From: Angustibacter luteus
GTDB lineage: Bacteria; Actinomycetota; Actinomycetes; Actinomycetales; Angustibacteraceae
Assembly: GCF_039541115.1 (NCBI RefSeq)
Contig: NZ_BAABFP010000005.1
Location: forward strand, 868,001 to 932,000
Direction: 5' to 3'
Length of the DNA stretch: 64,000 nt
Position numbers and translations under genes: made by a program. The notes below the pieces were generated by a model, which saw only the letters and a list, made by a program, of their open reading frames with translations, did not search any database and was not told the origin of the DNA. Below are positions 29,741 to 39,438 of the stretch, one piece after another. How positions within the stretch are numbered: position 1 is the first letter of the stretch; every line of letters begins with the position of its first letter.

Positions 29741-30684
29741 TGCGCGGCCCGGGCCAGGTCGGCGGCACCGATCATGCCGGCGCCGTTGCCGAGCGCGGCC
29801 GGCACGATGCCGATCACCGGCCGGTGCGCTCGCCCGGTCAGCTGTCGGGCGAGCGCCGCCCGGGCCGGCCCGATCAACAGGTCGCCGGCCTCCACGACCC
29901 CGCCGCCGACCACGAACAGGGCCGGGTCGAGCACCGCCGCGATCTGCGCCATGCCCTCACCGAGCCAGTGTCCCAGGTCGGCGAGCAGGTCCACGGCGGC
30001 GGGATCGCCCTCGGCCGCAGCCTGGGTGATCATGCCCCCGCGCAGCTTGTCGGGGTCGCCACCGCACAGCTCGGACAGCCGGGCGCTGAACGCACTCCCC
30101 TTGGCCACCAGCTCACGGCCCTCTCGCTGCAGGGCGTTGCCGCTGGCGTACTGCTCCCAGCAGCCGCGGTTGCCACAGCCGCAACGGATGCCGTCAGGGA
30201 CCATCCGCACGTGTCCGAGCTCGCCGCCGACCCCCACGTGGCCGCGGAGAACCCGCCCGTCGACCACGATGCCGCCGCCGAGCCCGGTACCGACGGTCAC
30301 CAGGACGGCGTCGTCGACCTCGCGGGCAGCGCCGAACTTGAACTCGCCCCAGGCCGCCGCGTTCGCGTCGTTCTCGATCACCACGGGCAGTCCGATGAGC
30401 CGGGTCAGGTCGTCCTTGAGGGGTTCGTCGCGCCACGCCAGGTTCGGGGCGAACAGCACGACCCCGGACGTCGCGTCGACGAATCCCGCTGCCGCGACGC
30501 CCACCGCGTCGACGTCGTGGTCGGCCCGCAGCTCGGCCACCGCGTCGGCCACCTCCGCCTGGATGGCACCCGGGTCCGACGCGGACGTCTTGCGGCGCGT
30601 CTTGGCGACCAGCGAGCCGTCCTCGTCGACCACGCCGGCAGCGATCTTCGTGCCACCGATGTCGACGCCGATCGTCAAACCCAT
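29737..30684 (-). CDS. glkA: ROK-family glucokinase (GlkA-like)
   Basis: MGLTIGVDIGGTKIA, ENDANAAAWGE, CGCGNRGCWEQY; syntenic with S. coelicolor glkA. Confidence 0.9.
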   Translation of the reverse strand: MGLTIGVDIGGTKIAAGVVDEDGSLVAKTRRKTSASDPGAIQAEVADAVAELRADHDVDAVGVAAAGFVDATSGVVLFAPNLAWRDEPLKDDLTRLIGLPVVIENDANAAAWGEFKFGAAREVDDAVLVTVGTGLGGGIVVDGRVLRGHVGVGGELGHVRMVPDGIRCGCGNRGCWEQYASGNALQREGRELVAKGSAFSARLSELCGGDPDKLRGGMITQAAAEGDPAAVDLLADLGHWLGEGMAQIAAVLDPALFVVGGGVVEAGDLLIGPARAALARQLTGRAHRPVIGIVPAALGNGAGMIGAADLARAAQ

Positions 30685-30685
30685 C

Positions 30686-31117
30686 TCAGTGCCCTCCAGG
30701 CTCGTCGTCCGGCTCGACCGGGATGGTGACAGTACGCACTCCAGGACCGGACTCCGCGGCCGGGTCAGGTGCGGCGGGGTCGGTCCGCGCCGCGCTGACG
30801 TCGCGGGACAGCTCGCGCAAGAGTCCCACCACGGACTCCGCCGTCGCCAGCAGGTGCTGCACCACCTCGGGACGCACGGTCTGCGCGCTCGACACCAGGC
30901 GGCACCACGGGCAGTACCGGCACGGGGACGCCGGGTCGTGCGCGGTCGGGCCAGCCGGGCCGGCCGCGCCGTCCGCGCCGGCCGCCGGCTCGGCCGAGGG
31001 CTGTCCCGGCTCGCCGGCTCGCTCGTGCCACCAGCCCTGGAACGCGTCGACCAGCCGGGCCGCCTCATCGGCGGCGCTGCCGACCGGTTCGCGCTGCGGT
31101 CCGTCGGACGCGGTCAC
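30686..31117 (-). CDS. SCO2127/Rv2183c-like hypothetical protein
   Basis: VGSAADEAARL, CRYCPWCR, PEVVQHL; lies between the ArsA gene and glkA. Confidence 0.72.
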   Translation of the reverse strand: MTASDGPQREPVGSAADEAARLVDAFQGWWHERAGEPGQPSAEPAAGADGAAGPAGPTAHDPASPCRYCPWCRLVSSAQTVRPEVVQHLLATAESVVGLLRELSRDVSAARTDPAAPDPAAESGPGVRTVTIPVEPDDEPGGH

Positions 31118-32310
31118 GACGCCGGCCACAGGGTCGGGTCGGGCTCGAACCGCACGTGCAGGCCGCCGCCGGTGAACCGGGCACCGGCGACCGTGCACCG
31201 GCGCAGCGCGGACGGCAAGGTGATGACCCGACGGTGCCCGTCGACGGCGACCAGCAGGTCGTCCTCGCGGCGCGCCAGCTCGACGTCCTGTGCCCGCACG
31301 TTCGGCAGGTCGATGACCAGCTCGAAGTCGTTGCCGAGCCGTTCCACCCGCACCGGGCTGGGCGGGCGGGGGCCGTCGATCAGCTCGGCCATGCCCTGCT
31401 CGCCGACCAGCTCCTCGCCGAGCCGGGCGAGCGCGTCCGGACCGACCGGCTCCGCGGCCTGGTACGGCGCCCGGTCGACGCGCAGCGGCGCGAACGACTC
31501 GTCGGCCTGGTCCAGCACGTCCTGCTGCGCGCTCACCCAGCCGAGCTGCCAGGCCGAGGCGTCGTGGGTGGGGATCACCCGGTTCGCGACGGCGCCGTCC
31601 ACGACGAAACCCTGCAGGGCCAGCGCGGTGAGCGTGCGGCGGGCCTCGGCCAGCACCACCGACTCGGGCGTCAGGACGATCCGCACCGAGGTGCGCTCGG
31701 AACGCAGGACCGTCATGGCGCCGGCCAGCTGCTCGCGCAGCCGCAGCAGCGCCGGCCCGACCTCGCGACCCGGTGCGGGCAGCGCGGCGGCACGACCGAC
31801 CACCGGGACCAGCACCTTCGCGAGCGCCCGCTGCGAGGGCAGGAGACGGTCCACCAACCGGGTCAGCGCCTCGGGGACGGCGAGCCAGCGCAACGTCTCG
31901 GCGGTCGGCGCGCAGTCCACGACCACGAGGTCCCACGGGCCGTTCTCGACGTGGTCGCGCACGGCGAGCAGGGTCAGGACGTCGTCCGCCCCGGGCAGCA
32001 CCGTGAGCTCGGCCGCGTCCAGGGGCTGCACGTCCAGTGCGGCCAGAACGTCCACCAGGTAGTCCTGCACCGCGCCCCAGGTCTGGGTCAACCGCCGTCC
32101 GGCGTCCACCTGCTGCGCCCACAGCCCGGGCTCGACCTCGCAGACGTCGTCCGGGGGCAGGTCCTGCCCGAGCGTGTCACCCAGCGAGTGCGCGGCGTCG
32201 GTGGACAGCACGAGGGTCTTGACCCCCGAGCGGGCCGCGTGGACGGCCGTGGCAGCGGCCACGGTCGTCTTGCCGACCCCGCCTTTGCCGGTGAACAGGA
32301 CGACGCGCAA
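31114..32310 (-). CDS. ArsA/Get3-family ATPase with C-terminal HSP20-like domain
   Basis: FTGKGGVGKTT, STDAAHSLGD, DCAPTAETLR; TTG start. Confidence 0.92.
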   Translation of the reverse strand: MRVVLFTGKGGVGKTTVAAATAVHAARSGVKTLVLSTDAAHSLGDTLGQDLPPDDVCEVEPGLWAQQVDAGRRLTQTWGAVQDYLVDVLAALDVQPLDAAELTVLPGADDVLTLLAVRDHVENGPWDLVVVDCAPTAETLRWLAVPEALTRLVDRLLPSQRALAKVLVPVVGRAAALPAPGREVGPALLRLREQLAGAMTVLRSERTSVRIVLTPESVVLAEARRTLTALALQGFVVDGAVANRVIPTHDASAWQLGWVSAQQDVLDQADESFAPLRVDRAPYQAAEPVGPDALARLGEELVGEQGMAELIDGPRPPSPVRVERLGNDFELVIDLPNVRAQDVELARREDDLLVAVDGHRRVITLPSALRRCTVAGARFTGGGLHVRFEPDPTLWPAS

Positions 32311-32316
32311 CGCGGC

Positions 32317-32766
32317 TCAGCCCTCGGCCCGCTTCTTCAGCTCCTGCAACGCAGTCGCGATGATGCTCTTCTCCGCCTTGCGCTTGAGCATCCCGAGCAT
32401 CGGGATGCGCACGTCGACCATCAGCTGGTACGTCACCGTCGTCGGCCCGGCCTTGTCACCCTCGAGCGTGTAGCTGCCGTCCAGCGCCTTCAGCACGGTC
32501 TCGGCCTCGACGAGCTCCCAGCTGACCGTCCCGGTGCCGGACTTCGCGACGTCCCACTCGTACGCCAGCGTGTAGGTGTCCTTGATGGCTCCGGCGTCCA
32601 GCACGAAGCGGACCTGCTCGGCGCGCCCAGCAGTGCCGGTCGAGACGACCTCGGCCTGCTTCACCGCGCCGGTCCACTCGGGATACGCGGCGAAGTCGGC
32701 GATCACGGCGAGGACCTGGGCGGGGGCGGCCTCGACGACGACGCTGGACTCGGTGCGGTCAGCCAT
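32317..32766 (-). CDS. SRPBCC/polyketide cyclase-family protein (Rv2185c-like)
   Basis: VIADFAAYPEW, LDGSYTL, PMLGMLKRKAEK. Confidence 0.9.
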   Translation of the reverse strand: MADRTESSVVVEAAPAQVLAVIADFAAYPEWTGAVKQAEVVSTGTAGRAEQVRFVLDAGAIKDTYTLAYEWDVAKSGTGTVSWELVEAETVLKALDGSYTLEGDKAGPTTVTYQLMVDVRIPMLGMLKRKAEKSIIATALQELKKRAEG

Positions 32767-32861
32767 GCAGGTGCCTTCCGTGGGACGGGCGGGGGCGGCC
32801 GGGACGGCGGATCCGCACCTCGGGTCGATGGGAAGGCTACCCCGCCGTGCACCGCCTCGGG

Positions 32862-33314
32862 TCAGAGCACCAGCCCGATCAGGGTGAGCACCAGCAGCAC
32901 CACGATGCCGGCCCCGACGATCCCGGCGGCGATCGCGCCGGTCCGACCGCCGGGGAACGACTCCAGGCGGGCGACCCAGTTGACCTGCCGGTCCTCGTAG
33001 GCCAGGCGGGCCATCAGCTCGTCCGCCACCCGGTTCGCCTCGGCCGCGGCCGCCGCCGCGTCCTGGGCCGTCGGGGCGACGTGCTCGCCGTCCGGCTGCG
33101 CGTCGACTACCTGCCCGGCCACCGACTGGTGTCCCAAGGGCTGCTCGGGCGTCAGCTGCTCGGGCGTCAGCTGCTCGGGCGCGGCCGCGGGGGCGGCCGC
33201 CTCCGGGTGCAGGCTGGCGTAGCACTGCAGGCACCACGGCACGTCCTGGCGCACGGTGGCGCCGCAGGCCGGGCAGGTGCTCGGGGGCGTGGTCTGGGTC
33301 ATCGGCTCACTCAT
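32862..33314 (-). CDS. Hypothetical zinc-ribbon membrane protein
   Basis: CPACG...WCLQCY, low-complexity linker and a C-terminal TM helix. Confidence 0.7.
   Translation of the reverse strand: MSEPMTQTTPPSTCPACGATVRQDVPWCLQCYASLHPEAAAPAAAPEQLTPEQLTPEQPLGHQSVAGQVVDAQPDGEHVAPTAQDAAAAAAEANRVADELMARLAYEDRQVNWVARLESFPGGRTGAIAAGIVGAGIVVLLVLTLIGLVL
33141..33181. repeat. 15-bp tandem repeat (about 2.7 copies) encoding PEQLT
   Basis: CTGCTCGGGCGTCAG x2 followed by CTGCTCGGGCG. Confidence 0.8.
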
Positions 33315-33741
33315 CTGCCTGGATATCGGTCGTCTCAGCCGAGTGCTTGAGGTCTGCCGGCGTCGACCGAACGGGCTCGCCCGGCTCCCGTCCGCGCTCC
33401 AGGTCGTCCTTGAGCGCGTGCACCGCGCGCTTCCACTGCTGCGCGCGGTGGCGGCGCTCGCGGTCGACCCGGGCCCCGGTCGCGCTCTGGTCGCCTGGAT
33501 CGGCCCGGAGGTAGAAGTGCACCAGGACGCCGTCCCGCCAGGGTTCGAGCCAGATCTCGCTGGTCCCCCGCAGGCCCCCGTCCACCCGCCACTGCCGACC
33601 CTTGGCGCCCCGGTCCCGGGTCGTGGTCAGCGCGAGGTCGGGCCACCACCGCACCCACCGGCGGGGGTCGGCCACCGCGCGGGCCACCTGCTCGGGCGGT
33701 GCGGCGACGAACGTGTCGTCCACGAGGTCGATCATCGGCAC
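33307..33741 (-). CDS. Polyketide cyclase/dehydrase-like protein (Rv2186c-like)
   Basis: IDLVDDTFVAA, WWPDL, DRGAKGRQW, GTSEIWLEP..DGVLVHFYL. Confidence 0.82.
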   Translation of the reverse strand: MPMIDLVDDTFVAAPPEQVARAVADPRRWVRWWPDLALTTTRDRGAKGRQWRVDGGLRGTSEIWLEPWRDGVLVHFYLRADPGDQSATGARVDRERRHRAQQWKRAVHALKDDLERGREPGEPVRSTPADLKHSAETTDIQADE

Positions 33742-33879
33742 CGCCCCAGCATGGTGCATCCGGGGTCGGTGCTGGTGGACCTCCACCCGTGCTGGAACAA
33801 TCGGCAGATGCCAGTGCTCCAACCTACTGGCCGGTAGGGTCTGAGCCGTACGACCCATCCCGATGCAAGGAGGCGTCTC

Positions 33880-35667
33880 GTGGTCGAGTTCTCGATGCCC
33901 GCTCTCGTGGCAGAGCCGACGACGGGCAACGCCAGCTCGATCGTCGTCGAGCACGCCGCACGGACCCCGGAGCTGGTGCTGTTCAGCCGGCGGGCCGACG
34001 GCGGTTGGACGGACGTCACCGCGGCCGAGTTCGCCGCCCAGGTCGACGAGCTGGCTCGTGGCCTGTTGGCGGCGGGAGTCGGCGTCGGCGACCGCGTCGC
34101 CCTGATGAGCAAGACGCGGTACGAGTGGACGCTCGTCGACTACGCCATCTGGTCGATCGGCGCGGTCACGGTCCCGGTCTACGAGACCTCCTCGGCCGAG
34201 CAGGTGTCCTGGATCCTGTCGGACTCCGGCGCGGTGGCCGCCGTGATCGAGACCCCCGCGCACGCGCGGACGGTCGCCGCCGCCCGCAGCGAGCTGCCCG
34301 CGCTGAAGGACGTCTGGCAGATCGACGCCGGTGGCCTGGACGACCTCGTCGTCGCCGGGGCGGACGTCGACCAGACCGCGGTCACCGAGCGGCGGGACGC
34401 CACCTCGCCGTCCGACCTGGCGACGCTGATCTACACGTCCGGGACGACGGGCCGCCCCAAGGGCTGCGAGCTCACCCACCTCAACTTCATGGCGCTGTGC
34501 GACAACGCCGTGGCCCGGCTGGGCGACGTGGTGAACGTGGACGGCGCCTCGACGCTGCTGTTCCTGCCGCTGGCCCACGTCTTCGCCCGGTTCATCCAGG
34601 TCCTCACCATCACGGCCGGCGCGCGGCTCGGGCACAGCGGGGACATCAAGACCCTGCTGCCGGACCTGGCCCAGTTCCAGCCGACCTTCGTGCTGTCCGT
34701 GCCGCGCGTGTTCGAGAAGATCTACAACTCGGCCGAGGCCGGGGCCGAGGCCGACGGCAAGGGCCGGATCTTCGCGGCCGCCGCGGCCACCTCCGTGGCC
34801 TGGAGCAAGGCCCAGGACGCCGGTGGGGGCGGGCTCGCGCTGCGCGCCAAGCACGCCGTGTTCGACAAGCTCGTCTACACCAAGCTCCGGGCTGCCATGG
34901 GCGGCAAGGTGCAGTACGCCGTCTCCGGCGGCGCCCCGCTCGGCGAGCGGCTCGGTCACTTCTTCCGCGGCGCCGGGATCACGGTGCTGGAGGGCTACGG
35001 GCTCACCGAGACCACCGCGCCGAGCACCGTGAACACCCCCGACCACCTGGTGATCGGTTCGGTCGGCCAGCCGCTGCCCGGGATCTCGATCAAGATCGCG
35101 GACGACGGTGAGGTGCTGATCAAGGGCCCGCACGTCCTGCGCGGCTACTGGAACAACCCCCAGGCCACCGAGGAGACGCTGGTCGACGGCTGGTTCCGGT
35201 CTGGCGACCTGGGCTCGCTGACCGAGGACGGCACGCTGTCCATCACCGGTCGCAAGAAGGAGATCCTGGTGACGGCGGGCGGTAAGAACGTCGCTCCGGC
35301 CGTCCTGGAGGACCGCATCCGCGCCCACCCGCTGGTCTCCCAGACCATCGTCGTCGGCGACCAGAAGCCGTTCATCGCGGCCCTGATCACGCTGGACACC
35401 GAGATGCTCCCGACCTGGCTCTCGAACAACGGGCTGCCGGCGATGGAGGTCGAGGCGGCTGCGGGCAACGAGCAGGTGCAGGCCGAGGTGCAGCGCGCAG
35501 TCGACAGCGCCAACAAGGCCGTCAGCAAGGCCGAGTCCATCCGCAAGTTCCGCATCCTGCCGGTGGACTTCACCGAGGACGCCGGCTACATCACCCCGTC
35601 GCTGAAGCTCAAGCGCAGCGTCGTGATGAAGGACTTCGCCGACGAGGTGGAGGAGCTGTACCGCTGA
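33880..35667 (+). CDS. fadD: Long-chain fatty acid-CoA ligase (FadD15-like)
   Basis: IYTSGTTGRPKG, LPLAH, EGYGLTET, GWFRSGDLG, ITGRKKE, TPSLKLKR. Confidence 0.95.
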   Translation: MVEFSMPALVAEPTTGNASSIVVEHAARTPELVLFSRRADGGWTDVTAAEFAAQVDELARGLLAAGVGVGDRVALMSKTRYEWTLVDYAIWSIGAVTVPVYETSSAEQVSWILSDSGAVAAVIETPAHARTVAAARSELPALKDVWQIDAGGLDDLVVAGADVDQTAVTERRDATSPSDLATLIYTSGTTGRPKGCELTHLNFMALCDNAVARLGDVVNVDGASTLLFLPLAHVFARFIQVLTITAGARLGHSGDIKTLLPDLAQFQPTFVLSVPRVFEKIYNSAEAGAEADGKGRIFAAAAATSVAWSKAQDAGGGGLALRAKHAVFDKLVYTKLRAAMGGKVQYAVSGGAPLGERLGHFFRGAGITVLEGYGLTETTAPSTVNTPDHLVIGSVGQPLPGISIKIADDGEVLIKGPHVLRGYWNNPQATEETLVDGWFRSGDLGSLTEDGTLSITGRKKEILVTAGGKNVAPAVLEDRIRAHPLVSQTIVVGDQKPFIAALITLDTEMLPTWLSNNGLPAMEVEAAAGNEQVQAEVQRAVDSANKAVSKAESIRKFRILPVDFTEDAGYITPSLKLKRSVVMKDFADEVEELYR

Positions 35668-36968
35668 GCACCGTCCGCGCCGCCGGCTGCCTGGCGGTCG
35701 TCTGGCTGGGGTACTTCACCGCACTGCAGTGGAGCGTCGTGCGGTACCGGCTGGCCATCGTCGTGGTGCTCACCAGCGCCGCCGTCCTGCTGCTGACCGC
35801 CCTGCTGCGCCGGTGGCAGCTGCGGTCGATGCCCCGTGGCGTGCTGGCCGCGACGGCCCTGGCCAGTGGCCTGGTCGCCGAGGTGGTGCCGTTCTTCAGC
35901 CACGCCGGTGCGGGTGACCGGCGCCTGCTGGCCCACGTGGTCGCGACGACCTGCGTGCTGTCGGCCGCGCTGCTGGCCGTCCCGGGACCGCGCGGGCGCT
36001 GGCTGAGCGCCGGCGCCGCCGTCGCCGGGGTCGTTGCCTGGACGGTCACCGCGATCGCCCTGGTCCCCGCCCCGCGGATCGACGTCTGGGTCACGCTGCA
36101 GCAGGCCGCGGACGGGATGGCGGACGGGCAGAACATCTACGCGATGACCTGGCACGACTCGCCCGGCATCCAGGACGCCTTCACCTACCTGCCCTGGACG
36201 GCGGTGCTGCTCGCTCCCGGCCGCTGGCTGGCTGGCGACGTCCGGTGGGCGCTGCTCGTCTGGTTCCTCGTCGGTCTGGCCTGTCTGGTGGCCCTGGGCC
36301 GTCGAGGCGGTCGGACGTCGCAGCTGGCCCTCGGTGCGGCGACCCTGCTCGCGCTCGCACCGGGCTCGGTGACCCAGGCCGAGCAGGCCTGGACCGAGCC
36401 GCTGCTGTTCGCCCTGGTCGCGGCGTGGGCGCTGCTGGTCCGGCGCGGTCATCCGTGGTGGGCGGTCATCCCGCTCGCGCTGGGCTGCGCCAGCAAGCAG
36501 CACCTGGTCGTGCTGCTGCCGGTGCTCGCGCTCTGGACGGCGTTCGGCTGGCGACGGGCGCTGACGACGGCGGTCGGGGCCGGGGTGCTCGTGCTGCCGT
36601 GGTTCCTGGCGTCGCCGCGCGACTTCTGGCACGACACCGTCTCCCTGCTGGTCTCGTTCCATCCCATCACGTTCGCCAACACCTGGTTCATCGCGGCGCA
36701 GACCGAGCTGAGCTGGACGCCGCCGTTCTGGCTCACCGGGCTGCTGGTGCTCTCGGTGCTCGCGCTCGCCTGCGTCATGGTGCGCCGCCGCCAGCCGGGC
36801 CTGACCGAGCTGATCGGCTGGCTGGCCCTGGTGCTGCTGGTGGCGAACCTGGTCAACAAGCAGGCGTTCTACAACCAGTTCTGGCTGGTCGGCGCGTTCG
36901 TGGCGCTGGCGCTCGCGGCGAGCGAGCCCTCAGGCGAGGTCGCGCGGGACGGGCTCGCCCGCGAGTAG
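35664..36968 (+). CDS. Polytopic membrane protein, GT-C/GT87-like glycosyltransferase; start uncertain (CTG 35664 or GTG 35739)
   Basis: Many TM segments; IDV, NIY, FTYLP and SKQH motifs reminiscent of GT87/DUF2029 proteins. Confidence 0.6.
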   Translation: MSTVRAAGCLAVVWLGYFTALQWSVVRYRLAIVVVLTSAAVLLLTALLRRWQLRSMPRGVLAATALASGLVAEVVPFFSHAGAGDRRLLAHVVATTCVLSAALLAVPGPRGRWLSAGAAVAGVVAWTVTAIALVPAPRIDVWVTLQQAADGMADGQNIYAMTWHDSPGIQDAFTYLPWTAVLLAPGRWLAGDVRWALLVWFLVGLACLVALGRRGGRTSQLALGAATLLALAPGSVTQAEQAWTEPLLFALVAAWALLVRRGHPWWAVIPLALGCASKQHLVVLLPVLALWTAFGWRRALTTAVGAGVLVLPWFLASPRDFWHDTVSLLVSFHPITFANTWFIAAQTELSWTPPFWLTGLLVLSVLALACVMVRRRQPGLTELIGWLALVLLVANLVNKQAFYNQFWLVGAFVALALAASEPSGEVARDGLARE

Positions 36969-38087
36969 CCGCTGCAACCTCGCGGCCAGGTCGTCCCACC
37001 GCCAGTGCGCCGCTACCCACTCGCGCCCGCGAGCGCCGAACCGGGCGGCGAGCTCGCGGTCCTCGAGCAGCGTCGCCACCCGGTCCGCCACGGCCTCGAC
37101 GGAACGCCCGGGCACGACGTACCCGTTCTCGCCGTCCAGGACCGCGTCCGGTGCGCCGCCGGAGTCCCCCACCACGACCGGCAGGCCGGTGGCCGCCGCC
37201 TCGAGGTAGCAGATGCCGAGCGCTTCCGGCTCCAGGCCGAGCAGCCGGGTGCGGGTAGGCATGGCGAACACGTCCCCCGCGTCGAAGTAGGCCGGCGTCT
37301 GGTCCCACGGCACCCGGCCGGCCAGGACGACGTCCCGCTCCAGCCCCTGCTGAGCCACGGCCCGCTCGATGTTCTTGAGGTTGGGCCCCCCGCCGACCAG
37401 CAGGAGCGCCGCGTCCGGCACGCGCCGCTGGATGGCCGGCAGGGCGCGCACCAGGACGTCCTGGCCCTTGCGCGGCACCATCCGGGACACGCAGACCACG
37501 ACCGGCCGGTCCGCCAGCCCGTGCCGCTCCCGGACGACGTCACCGCCCGATCCCGGACGGAACGTGGCGTCGTCCACGCCCGGGGTCAGCTGGCGCATGC
37601 GCTCACGCGCCGCCGGGGTGAGTGGACGCTCGATCTTCGACCGGCAGAACTCCCCCAGGTACGTGAGCACGTCGTTGCGCTCCCCGATCCGGCGCAGCAG
37701 GCTCCGTGCGCCGGGCACGCTGGACCACCAGATCTCGTGGCCGTGGGTCGTGGCCACCGTGCGCTCGACGCCCGCCGCCCGCAGCGTCGGCGCCATCAGT
37801 CCCAGCGGCGCCGCCGCACCGAACCAGACCCGGTCGCAGCCGCGGGAGCGGGCCAACGCCGCGCTGCGCCGGGCGATCTGCGGGGTCGGCACCATCAGCC
37901 GTGAAGGGTCACGAACCACCTCGAACGGCAGCGTCGCGTCGTACGCGGCGTCGCCCTGCTGGCGCGCGGTGTGCACCACGACCTGGTCCGCCGGTAGTCG
38001 CTGGGCCAGCGCCAGCACCATCGACTCGATGCCGCCGGTGCGGGGCGGGAAGTCGTTGGTGACGATGAGCGTGCGTCCGGCGGCCAC
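36930..38087 (-). CDS. GT4 glycosyltransferase (PimB'/Rv2188c-like mannosyltransferase)
   Basis: VTNDFPPR.GGI, FGAAAPLG, THGHE, RKGQD, EALGICYLEA, GDSGGAP. Confidence 0.9.
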   Translation of the reverse strand: MAAGRTLIVTNDFPPRTGGIESMVLALAQRLPADQVVVHTARQQGDAAYDATLPFEVVRDPSRLMVPTPQIARRSAALARSRGCDRVWFGAAAPLGLMAPTLRAAGVERTVATTHGHEIWWSSVPGARSLLRRIGERNDVLTYLGEFCRSKIERPLTPAARERMRQLTPGVDDATFRPGSGGDVVRERHGLADRPVVVCVSRMVPRKGQDVLVRALPAIQRRVPDAALLLVGGGPNLKNIERAVAQQGLERDVVLAGRVPWDQTPAYFDAGDVFAMPTRTRLLGLEPEALGICYLEAAATGLPVVVGDSGGAPDAVLDGENGYVVPGRSVEAVADRVATLLEDRELAARFGARGREWVAAHWRWDDLAARLQRLLAGEPVPRDLA

Positions 38088-38121
38088 GCCCAGACCCTAC
38101 GGGTCCGTCACACCTCAGCCG

Positions 38122-39438
38122 TTACGGGTCGGCCACCGGCGGGATCGCCGGCAGCCCGTGGTCCTGCGCCCAGGCCCGGGCCAACGCCACCCGCCAGGCG
38201 GACGACGGGTGGTTCTCGAAGAACAGCTCGCGGTACCAGCGCGGGTCCAGGTCGCTGATGTTCGCCAGCGCCAGTCCGCGCTGCATGTCCGCGACCGTGG
38301 CGGGGTCGCGGGTGAGGTCGAGGGCGTGGACGTCGGCCCGTGTCTCGATGTTGCGGGACACCAGGTTGGTGACCGGCGCGGCCAGCCAGGTGCCGGCCGC
38401 CAGCACGGCGAGCAGGAAGGCGATCGACCGCGGGTCGCCCACGCCGCGGACACCGGCCCGGCGACGCCACCACCGCCCACCGGTGAGCAGGCCCAGGCCG
38501 ACCACCGCCCAGACCGCGCCCAGCGCGCCCAGGGTGGTGCCGTGCCGGACGTCGTGGTTGGCGACGTGGCCGAGCTCGTGCGCCACCACGGCCTCGACCT
38601 CGGCCGGCGAGGCCCGGTGCAGCAGGGTGTCGTAGACGACCAGCCGCCGCGTCGACCCGAAACCGGACACGTAGGCGTTCTCGGCCGTCGTCCGGCGGGA
38701 GGCGTCCGCGACGAGGACGTCCCGCACCGGCTGGCCGTCGTCGGCCGCCAGCTGCAGCAGGTCGGTCCGCAGCTGGCCCGCAGCCAGCGGGGTGAACGTG
38801 TTCGACAGCGGCTCGATCAGCACCGGGTAGAGCAGCGAGCCGACCACCACGAGAACCGCGGCCAGACCCGCGCACGGCGCCCACCACCAGCGCGGCCAGC
38901 GCCTCGCCAGCCCGACCACGACCAGCAACGCCAGCGCGGTGACGAGGCAGCTGATGCCGGTGCCGCGCAACAGGTCCACGGTCCAGCCGGCCCAGTCCTG
39001 GGTCGACAGGCCGTACCGGCGCAGCACCAGCTCGGCGGCGACCGAGAAGGGCAGCGCGACCAGGACGGACACCACCGTCAGGGCGAGCGTGCCCGCGACG
39101 ACGGTGGCCGGCCAGGACCCACCGAGCAACCGGCCGGCCCGGCCCACCAGGCGACTCCCGAGGGGGGTCAGCCCGAGGATGAGCGTGGCGGTGAGGCCGA
39201 CCAGCAGCCGGGGGTAGGTCCAGATCCGCAGGTCCGCGTGGAAGGTGCTGTCGCGCTTCAGCTGCTGGGCGGTGAAGTCCAGCGCCGGCGTGGAGTGCAC
39301 CGTCGAGCCCGACCACGGGTGCCACGGGACCAGCACGGCGGCGGCGACCAGCAGCAGCACCCCCAGCACGGCGAACGTCGTCCAGGCGACCTGGCCTGAA
39401 CGGTCCCGGTCGACCCGCGGCTGCGTCTCGACGCTCAC
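38122..39438 (-). CDS. M48 (Ste24-like) membrane zinc metalloprotease
   Basis: DASRRT, NAYVSG, AHELGH, E.RAD, HPS..WR. Confidence 0.9.
   Translation of the reverse strand: MSVETQPRVDRDRSGQVAWTTFAVLGVLLLVAAAVLVPWHPWSGSTVHSTPALDFTAQQLKRDSTFHADLRIWTYPRLLVGLTATLILGLTPLGSRLVGRAGRLLGGSWPATVVAGTLALTVVSVLVALPFSVAAELVLRRYGLSTQDWAGWTVDLLRGTGISCLVTALALLVVVGLARRWPRWWWAPCAGLAAVLVVVGSLLYPVLIEPLSNTFTPLAAGQLRTDLLQLAADDGQPVRDVLVADASRRTTAENAYVSGFGSTRRLVVYDTLLHRASPAEVEAVVAHELGHVANHDVRHGTTLGALGAVWAVVGLGLLTGGRWWRRRAGVRGVGDPRSIAFLLAVLAAGTWLAAPVTNLVSRNIETRADVHALDLTRDPATVADMQRGLALANISDLDPRWYRELFFENHPSSAWRVALARAWAQDHGLPAIPPVADP

Noticed and set aside
31114..32310. Arsenic-resistance operon
   Set aside because: No arsR/B/C/D nearby; this is the core-syntenic Get3-like paralog with an HSP20-like tail
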